Assembly: GCF_000017845.1 (NCBI RefSeq)
Contig: NC_010546.1
Coordinates: forward strand, 2,490,001 to 2,522,000
Length of the DNA: 32,000 nucleotides
Reading direction: 5' to 3'
Origin: Crocosphaera subtropica ATCC 51142
Lineage (GTDB): Bacteria > Cyanobacteriota > Cyanobacteriia > Cyanobacteriales > Microcystaceae
Part shown: positions 25,996 through 32,000 of the stretch, one piece after another
Layout: the number at the start of each line of letters is the position of its first letter
How positions within the stretch are numbered: the first letter of the stretch is position 1
Program-made: the position numbers and the translations under genes
The notes under the pieces: generated by a model
Database searches by the model: none
Told to the model about the DNA's origin: nothing
Seen by the model: the letters and a program-made list of their open reading frames with translations, nothing else

Positions 25996-26811
25996 ATGAA
26001 TAGCACATTACCACAACAACAGTTAGGAAAAATGATAGGAACAATAGCCATTATTTCCCTCAGCTTAACTGGGGTAATTTGGCTACAAAAATCTCTAATT
26101 AATCCTAGCAATGAACAGTTAACAAAAGAGGAGTACGAAAAACAACAACAACTAGAAAAAGTACAATTAAATGTTTACAAAGGTTTACCCAGTTTAGGAT
26201 ACGGTAATTTACTAGCTGATTGGTTTTACTTGAGATTTATTCAATATTTTGGGGATGGAGATGCTCGTAAACAGACGGGATATCCTCTAAGTCCTGATTA
26301 TTTCCAATTGGTGGTAGATAATGACCCCCGTTTTGTTGATGCTAATCTTAAATTAGCAGTATCTACTTCTATTTTTGCCGCTTTTCCTCAAAAAAGTGTT
26401 GAATTATTAGAACAAAGTTTAGAAAAAACCCCTTCTAAAATGACCTCCCCTGTCTATCCACCCTATTATTTATGGATTTATAAAGGGGTCGATGAATTAT
26501 TATTTTTAGGGGACGTAGAAGCAGCCAAAAATTCCAATACAATGGCTGCTAATTGGGCTGATACCTATCCTGAAGATGATCAATATAACAGTAAGGCGGT
26601 TGCCCAAAGAAGGCGACAAACGGTTCAGTTTTTAGAAGAAAATCCTGATAGTCGTAAGGCTCAAATTGGGGCATGGTCTCAAGTTTTATCTGGTGCTACT
26701 AATGAAGAAATGATTAAGCGAGCCTTAGGAGAAATTCAAGCGTTAGGGGGTGAAATTTTGGTCACTCCTGAAGGCAATATTAGTGTTCGTGTTCCTGAAT
26801 GGATTGATTAA
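25996..26811 (+). CDS. hypothetical protein with an N-terminal TM anchor (271 aa)
   Basis: Clean ORF with one TM helix followed by a helical-repeat-looking soluble domain. I recognise no catalytic motif. Confidence 0.7.
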   Translation: MNSTLPQQQLGKMIGTIAIISLSLTGVIWLQKSLINPSNEQLTKEEYEKQQQLEKVQLNVYKGLPSLGYGNLLADWFYLRFIQYFGDGDARKQTGYPLSPDYFQLVVDNDPRFVDANLKLAVSTSIFAAFPQKSVELLEQSLEKTPSKMTSPVYPPYYLWIYKGVDELLFLGDVEAAKNSNTMAANWADTYPEDDQYNSKAVAQRRRQTVQFLEENPDSRKAQIGAWSQVLSGATNEEMIKRALGEIQALGGEILVTPEGNISVRVPEWID

Positions 26812-26841
26812 ATTAACTAGCAAGAGATAACTTTATTGTAA

Positions 26842-26858
26842 GGTGGGCAATGCCCACC
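26842..26858 (+). terminator. GC-rich hairpin downstream of the 271-aa gene
   Basis: The sequence is GGTGGGC-AAT-GCCCACC, 30 nt after the stop at 26811. There is no clear U-tract. Confidence 0.3.
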
Positions 26859-26961
26859 CTACAGAATCTTGCTATTAGACATCTCCAAGAATCCATAACC
26901 CAGTTACAGCAATGAAAACAGGCAGATTAAACTTGAAGTCAAAATTAGCCTTCAGAACGAA

Positions 26962-28006
26962 TTAATAAGGGGTTGAAGGAATTAACTCTAATTTGGACAT
27001 AAAACTATGGCTCATTATAACGTCAATTACCTCTCCAGATTGGGAGGATTCTATTATTTTCAAAATCAAGGAACTAATTCTCAACCGAACTAATCCACAA
27101 ACGGTTAACAAAACCGATTTATATCGACTCTTATGTAAGCGAAATCTTTCTTGAACTACTTTAAATACTTTGACAACTCGAATTAAATGCTCAACAAAAA
27201 TCCGATTAGATGATAAAGCTTTATTTTCTTTTATTTGAGCTTCAGTTAATTCTCTTTTCTTAGTTTTTTTATGCGGAGTGATAATTTGAGTCTCTCCAAT
27301 GTAGGCTTTATCAGCACTAAAAGTTTGGTTTATCTTGAATTTATTTAAAGTTTGCCGACAGATGTTAATGTCACTTGTCGGCCCAGGTTTTCCAATTACT
27401 ACATCAATAATATCTTCAGCTTTTGGCAAGACAACGAATTGACTTTTTAAAGTATGTCTTTTCTGCTTACCCTGTCTCTTGGTGCGCGTTCCCTAGGCGA
27501 TTACGAATCGCCGGGGTCGCACCGCAATAATATTTTTTTTGTTCTTGATAATCTGAAGGTCTTTCAATAGCCTGTTCTGCGCTGTCTACAATCAATTCAT
27601 AATCAGTTAACATTTCAAGAACTATTTCTTTTTCTTCTTGAAACTTTTTTATTTGTTCTAATAAACTTGGTGGTAACTCTCCTTCAAAAAGTGTTTGCCA
27701 ATAAGTAAAAATATTATGAGCCGTTGACTCACTTACTTGAAAAAGTAGTCCTAAGAGTTGAAAACTTATATTATGTCTTAAATAAACTAACGTTAGAACA
27801 ATTTGTTCTTCTTCTGCTAATAAAGATGGACTTCCCGCACCAGGTTGATTAATTCTAATTTTTGTTTTTTCGTTCTCTTCTTTTTTTTTCTGATGAAGAA
27901 GCTTCCCTAGAGCAATCAATTGTTCCAATTGATTGTCATCAATTCCTAATAATCTTTTGGTTTGTTTAGGATATTTTTTTAGATAGCTCCAAGTGTAAGT
28001 TTCCAT
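26962..28006 (-). pseudogene. DDE transposase (DDE_Tnp_4 / IS5-Harbinger-like) split into two ORFs by a 49-nt insert
   Basis: The N-terminal ORF (HTH region, first Asp in VDSAEQ, ...QKKYYCG) and the C-terminal ORF (...ADKAYIGE, NRIFVEHLIRVVK) are in different frames. Removing 27472-27523 gives a continuous YYCGKQKRHTLKSQ junction and a protein of about 330 aa. Confidence 0.8.
27472..27520 (-). repeat. 49-nt GC-rich imperfect-palindrome insert inside the transposase gene
   Basis: The minus-strand insert is gcgaccccggcgattcgtaatcgcctagggaacgcgcaccaagagacag. The hairpin, which begins at the upstream flanking GGT, is GGTGCG-A-CCC-C-GGCGATT-CGT-AATCGCC-TA-GGG-AACG-CGCACC. GGT codons flank the insert at 27521-27523 and 27469-27471. 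By my count it is about 60% G+C, in an AT-rich gene. Confidence 0.75.
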
Positions 28007-28173
28007 TCTTTTTTGAACTAATTATTCATTTTATTATACTATATTTCTTGATTTTATTAAATTATGGAGATGTCTATTGGATTTAGCTTTATCTATATCT
28101 AATTTAGTCATGAGTTTACATCTGATTTAAGTTTCGGAATCCTAGAATTTTTTGGTATATCTTAGCATTTCGA

Positions 28174-30078
28174 TTAAACAGATTGATAACGCGACCGCAG
28201 TTCTAAATAAACCAATAAAGCGTTAATATCAGCAGGATTCACGCCACCAATACGAGAGGCTTGTCCAAGGGTCAAAGGACGCACTTTTGTCAATTTTTCC
28301 CTCGCTTCCATAGAAAGGGTGTCTATGGTCATATAATCAAGGTCTGAGGGCAATTTTTTATTACTATGTCGGGTAATTTGATCAATTTGAATTTGTTGAC
28401 GTTTCAAATAACCTGAATATTTAATGTCAATTTCTGCCCCTTCTTTTTCTACTATGGTTAAGTCTTTATTTCCTAAGCCATATTGTTCTAAATGTTGATA
28501 ATGGAACTTAGGACGCCGTAATAAGTCTGCTAAAGTTGCTGACCCTTTGATCTTCTGTTGAGTATCATTAACAATTTTAATGGCTACCTCATCCCTTTCT
28601 TTAATTCTTGTTTCATAAAGTCGCTCTTTTTCGGCCACAATATTAGCCTGTTTTTGTTCAAATAATGCCCAACGACGATCATCAATCAGCCCAATTTTTC
28701 GGCCTAATGGAGTCATTCTTTGATCAGCATTATCAGACCGTAAAATTAAACGATATTCTGACCGAGAGGTTAGCATTCGATAGGGTTCTCTAAGGTCTTT
28801 GGTACATAAATCATCAATTAATGTTCCTAGATAACTTTCTTCTCTAGGGAAGATAATCATCTCTTCATTGTTAACAAATTTAACCGCATTTATTCCTGCT
28901 ACAATACCTTGTGCTGCTGCTTCTTCATAACCGGTTGTTCCGTTAACTTGTCCTGCACAAAATAAACCTTGAATCTTCTTAGTCATCAAAGTAGGGTAAC
29001 ATTGGGTTGCTGGTAAAAAGTCATATTCCACGGCATAAGCAGGACGCAACATGACACAATTTTCTAGCCCTGGAAGGGTTCTTAACATGGCTAATTGTAT
29101 GTTTTCCGGTAAACCAGTGGAAAACCCTTGAATATACAATTCTGGTATTTCTCTTCCTTCCGGTTCGATAAAAATTTGATGGCTTTCTTTGTCTGCGAAT
29201 CTAACAATTTTATCCTCAATAGACGGACAATAACGCGGCCCTTTAGAATCAATAAAACCGCCATAAATAGGAGACAAATGTAAGTTATCTTTAATCAGTT
29301 GATGAGTTTTAGAAGTGGTTCGGGTTAAATAACAATTCATCTGTTTTTTTTCGACCCAAACATAGGGATCAAAGCTAAACCAGCGTACCTCTTCATCGGG
29401 GGGTTGAGGTTCTAACTGAGAATAGTCTACCGATCGCTTATCGACTCTGGCCGGGGTTCCGGTTTTCAGTCTTCCCGTTTCAAACCCCAAGTCATTAAGG
29501 GTATCGGTTAAACCCACCGCAGCAAACTCTCCGGCCCTGCCTGCTTCCATGGACTTATTACCGATCCATATCCGTCCCCCTAGAAAGGTTCCGGTGGTCA
29601 AAATAACGGCTTTGGCCTCGAAACAAGTCCCGAAATAGGTTTGTATTCCGATCACTTCATCATTGTTGCCCAATACCAGATCCGTGACCATTCCTTCACG
29701 GATGCTTAAATTCTCTTGATTTTCGACAATTTCCTTCATCACTGCCGAATATTCTCGCTTATCCGTCTGCGCCCGTAACGCCCAAACTGCTGGTCCCCGT
29801 GAGGAGTTGAGAACCCGTTTTTGTAGATAGGTGCGATCGGCCATTTTGCCGATCTCTCCCCCTAAAGCGTCCACTTCATGGGTTAGCTGAGACTTGGCTG
29901 GACCGCCAACTGCGGGGTTACAGGGTTGCCAAGCAATGCGATCGAGGTTAAGGGTTAACATGAGGGTACGACACCCTAAACGGGCTGCTGCGAGGGCTGC
30001 TTCGCACCCGGAATGGCCAGCACCCACTACGATGATATCAAAGCTATCCTGGAAGTCAACGGGAGTGGTAAGGGTCAT
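28174..30078 (-). CDS. mnmG: tRNA uridine-5-carboxymethylaminomethyl modification enzyme MnmG (GidA)
   Basis: 634 aa. The FAD-binding motif is [22 protein letters not shown], and the protein is GidA-like throughout ([26 protein letters not shown]-like segment). Confidence 0.95.
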   Translation of the reverse strand: MTLTTPVDFQDSFDIIVVGAGHSGCEAALAAARLGCRTLMLTLNLDRIAWQPCNPAVGGPAKSQLTHEVDALGGEIGKMADRTYLQKRVLNSSRGPAVWALRAQTDKREYSAVMKEIVENQENLSIREGMVTDLVLGNNDEVIGIQTYFGTCFEAKAVILTTGTFLGGRIWIGNKSMEAGRAGEFAAVGLTDTLNDLGFETGRLKTGTPARVDKRSVDYSQLEPQPPDEEVRWFSFDPYVWVEKKQMNCYLTRTTSKTHQLIKDNLHLSPIYGGFIDSKGPRYCPSIEDKIVRFADKESHQIFIEPEGREIPELYIQGFSTGLPENIQLAMLRTLPGLENCVMLRPAYAVEYDFLPATQCYPTLMTKKIQGLFCAGQVNGTTGYEEAAAQGIVAGINAVKFVNNEEMIIFPREESYLGTLIDDLCTKDLREPYRMLTSRSEYRLILRSDNADQRMTPLGRKIGLIDDRRWALFEQKQANIVAEKERLYETRIKERDEVAIKIVNDTQQKIKGSATLADLLRRPKFHYQHLEQYGLGNKDLTIVEKEGAEIDIKYSGYLKRQQIQIDQITRHSNKKLPSDLDYMTIDTLSMEAREKLTKVRPLTLGQASRIGGVNPADINALLVYLELRSRYQSV

Positions 30079-30083
30079 AGTTT

Positions 30084-30118
30084 AGAAGTCAGAAGTTAGA
30101 AGTCAGAAGTCAGGAGTA
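30084..30118. repeat. heptanucleotide tandem repeat (AGAAGTC-type, 5 units)
   Basis: The units are AGAAGTC AGAAGTT AGAAGTC AGAAGTC AGGAGTA. The repeat starts 6 nt upstream of the mnmG start codon, on the opposite-sense read. Confidence 0.9.
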
Positions 30119-30207
30119 AAACAGTTTATAGGGTTTGTTTATTTTTTGACTACTATATTTTATTTTAGCGGATGGGTTTGATAGTTATTATGATGTTGAA
30201 TATTTAT

Positions 30208-30618
30208 TTATCGTAATAAAGCTTGAAAACCTGCTTGAACAAAATGAATATCTGAGGTAAGCGCATCGGTTAATTTTTGTTCGTCCATAACTATAAATGA
30301 AATACAATCAACTAAACCCCAATATTTGTCTTGTCTAGAACCATATAATGTTAATCCTTCTTGAAAAAGTTGAGGAGTAATATTAACAACTGAAATGTTA
30401 TCAGTTGAATAACATTGTTGAATAAAGGCAGAAACTTTTTGACGGTTATAGTTACTAAGTGCGTTACCAACTTCCATAAAAATAGCTTCTGTTATCCAAA
30501 CCTCTTTTGCATTTCGTACACGGGGTAAAAATTCTTTTGCAAGTTGATGATATTGATCACGGGAGTTAAGAATAGCCTGAATAAAAACAGTATCTAGAAA
30601 AAATCGATCTTGAGTCAT
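30208..30618 (-). CDS. vapC: PIN-domain ribonuclease toxin (VapC-like)
   Basis: 136 aa. The PIN acidic residues occur in order (FLDT, ITEA..MEV, LVDC, TSDIHF). Its ATG overlaps the upstream antitoxin stop (TAATG). Confidence 0.85.
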   Translation of the reverse strand: MTQDRFFLDTVFIQAILNSRDQYHQLAKEFLPRVRNAKEVWITEAIFMEVGNALSNYNRQKVSAFIQQCYSTDNISVVNITPQLFQEGLTLYGSRQDKYWGLVDCISFIVMDEQKLTDALTSDIHFVQAGFQALLR

Positions 30619-30860
30619 TAATTATCACTTTTTTTCGGTGTACCATATAAATAATGATCATGTTCACTTGACCAGTCTTCAGCTGCTTCATAAGTTCCTG
30701 TCATTTCTTCGAGGAGATCCCAAGCATTTTTAGTTGTTGTTTCTTGTGATTTTTCTTGAGAAATAATTTGAATGGTATAACGGGTATTAGGTTCTAATGT
30801 GATCTTTTCTTCTGGATAAAACGCTGAACCATCATAAGTTACTATTAATTGTTCTTGCAT
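30618..30860 (-). CDS. type II antitoxin (DUF104/AF2212-like N-terminus)
   Basis: 80 aa. The N-terminal beta-hairpin region IVTYDGSAFYPEEKITLEPNTRYTIQI resembles the DUF104 antitoxin family. It overlaps the PIN gene by 1 nt. Confidence 0.75.
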   Translation of the reverse strand: MQEQLIVTYDGSAFYPEEKITLEPNTRYTIQIISQEKSQETTTKNAWDLLEEMTGTYEAAEDWSSEHDHYLYGTPKKSDN

Positions 30861-31073
30861 AATTAAATCTTTCCTTTCTACTGGTTAATTACAAGGCTAA
30901 CATAAGATTATTATCTTTTGTCCCTTGATAATATTCAGCCCTAGGACATTAGCAAACAAGACGGAAACCGTAATTACTTGCCTTAAAGCTAGGAGTAAAA
31001 CTATTATATTGAGTCATCAATATATCAAAGAATGTCGATTAATAATTGATTGAGATGAATCACTTATTAAATC

Positions 31074-32000
31074 CTAGCTTAATTCTGCTACAATTTGATT
31101 CTCCACTAAACTATTTTGTGTTAATAAATCCTCAACGCTTACCCTTAAAAATCGCTGTTCATCGACCCAAAATTCTAACTTAATTCTATCACTTCCTGGC
31201 ATTCCTAAAGGCTCTAATTTAGCCAAAGTTCTCGCTCCATCTCTATCATTTAAAGCTTGCACATTGCTTTGCTCATTTCCTAATGAACGAGTGACTAACC
31301 TATCCCCATCAAAATAGACTTCTGTTCCCCCTGTTTCTGACCCCAATTCCCCGATAATTAACTCAATACTGGGTTGATTTTCAATAGATGCACCTAACTT
31401 AATTTCTATCGGTTCATTCATAGGATAAGATTGCCCTGATTTAATTATAGAATGCCAACTATGGCACTTTTTACGACGGTTCCAATATCTAATACCATAA
31501 CTATGATAAAGGAAGTCCTTGACCTCAAATCCTTCTGCTAATTTTAATGCACCTTCGGCAATAGCAGAAAAAGGGCGATCGCATTTAATTTTATCTTCAT
31601 CAAAGTATTGTTTCACCCAAGTTTGTACAGCAGGAATTTGTACCGTTCCCCCCACCAATAAAATACCATCAATATCATTTTTTTCAATCCCATTTCGTCT
31701 TGCTTGTTGCAAAACTTGGCTCATTAACTCATCTAATTTAATAAAAAATTGTTCTTCTTTTAAAATACTTTCAAACCCATCTCTATCTAATGCCAACTCA
31801 TAACTATCTAAAGTTTCATCATTAAAATAAACTTCGTTGGCTTTTTCTTGAGAAGATAACTTTATTTTCAATCGTTCTGCTAATCTTAAGGTCAACGAAG
31901 AAACAGGCACATCTTGAGTTTTAGCAAAATAATTCATGAGCCAGTTATCAATATCTGAACCACCTAAATTTGCCCCTGCTTTAGCTAAAACACGAGCAAT
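31074..32000 (-). CDS. Hsp70-family protein, C-terminal part (continues beyond the window end)
   Basis: The frame stays open to position 32000 (IARVLAKAGANLGGSDIDNWL precedes the track's Met). It has the Hsp70 motifs LGGSDID and ILLVGGTVQIP. Only about 145 aa follow the ATPase domain, which gives a beta-sandwich but no helical lid. Confidence 0.85.
   Translation of the reverse strand: MARVLAKAGANLGGSDIDNWLMNYFAKTQDVPVSSLTLRLAERLKIKLSSQEKANEVYFNDETLDSYELALDRDGFESILKEEQFFIKLDELMSQVLQQARRNGIEKNDIDGILLVGGTVQIPAVQTWVKQYFDEDKIKCDRPFSAIAEGALKLAEGFEVKDFLYHSYGIRYWNRRKKCHSWHSIIKSGQSYPMNEPIEIKLGASIENQPSIELIIGELGSETGGTEVYFDGDRLVTRSLGNEQSNVQALNDRDGARTLAKLEPLGMPGSDRIKLEFWVDEQRFLRVSVEDLLTQNSLVENQIVAELS

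Larger units (their letters stand above)
26877..28075 (-). mobile_element. IS5-family-like insertion sequence (1199 bp)
   Basis: The terminal inverted repeat AGACATCTCCA (26877-26887) pairs with TGGAGATGTCT (28065-28075). Identical ATT triplets flank it (26874-26876 and 28076-28078), consistent with a 3-bp target duplication. It encloses a DDE transposase. Confidence 0.8.

Noticed and set aside
27496-27512. tRNA T-arm-like stem-loop (minus strand GGCGA-TTCGTAA-TCGCC) inside the 49-nt insert, with a nearby ...GCACCA
   Set aside because: The loop departs from the T-loop consensus at the conserved A58 position. There is no D-arm or anticodon arm and no 7-bp acceptor stem, so this is not a tRNA gene or a clear tRNA fragment.
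27533-27540. A8 run (minus strand A AAA AAA) 9 nt upstream of the hairpin, considered as a programmed -1 frameshift site joining the two transposase ORFs
   Set aside because: The downstream ORF is in the +1 frame relative to the upstream one, not the -1 frame. That frame also contains a TAG inside the hairpin insert, so a simple slip at the A-run cannot produce the full-length protein.
19622-30118. Tandem repeats at 19622-19657 and 30084-30118 considered as CRISPR remnants
   Set aside because: The units are directly adjacent with no spacers, are 18 bp and 7 bp long, and no cas genes are present. They are simple tandem repeats.
17390-31803. Short ORFs overlapping PBP1A (17390-17650, 17592-17918, 18041-18283, 18828-19058, 19236-19454), the ArnT-like gene (23152-23334), mnmG (29894-30085) and Hsp70 (31519-31803)
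   Set aside because: All are antisense to strongly supported CDSs. Their Pro/Arg/Ser-rich translations are typical of the reverse strand of real genes.

Overview
This looks like a chromosomal segment of a low-GC cyanobacterium. HIP1 palindromes (GCGATCGC) are frequent, e.g. at 1426, 2116 and 4824, and the gene content fits (GH57 glucan enzyme, MscS channel with a cyclic-nucleotide domain, CPBP protease, two-domain histidine phosphatase). I call about 26 protein genes, mostly housekeeping: HAD hydrolase, recN, TrkA-N/RCK membrane protein, MscS-cNMP channel, thrC plus a CysO/MoaD-like sulfur carrier, an orphan ABC permease, an orphan ParA-like ATPase, GH57, an amino-acid binding protein, a PBP1A-bestrophin-hypothetical operon, a tandem histidine phosphatase, a GT-C/ArnT-like/CPBP envelope operon, mnmG, and a partial lid-less Hsp70. 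The non-core content is as follows. (1) An AT-rich two-gene cassette (6869-8138, minus strand) encodes an EEP-fold nuclease/phosphatase-like gene, broken by one in-frame TAG, followed closely (13 nt, AAGGA RBS) by a 147-aa ORFan. This is my best candidate for an undescribed toxin/immunity or defence-type module. (2) A 1.2-kb IS5-like insertion sequence (26877-28075) has its transposase split by a 49-nt GC-rich hairpin insert flanked by identical GGT codons. (3) A PIN/VapC toxin pairs with a DUF104-like antitoxin. (4) There are several short tandem or dispersed repeats and candidate non-coding elements. I saw no rRNA, tRNA or CRISPR array. All functional calls rest on motif recognition by eye and on memory of protein families, since no searches were run.
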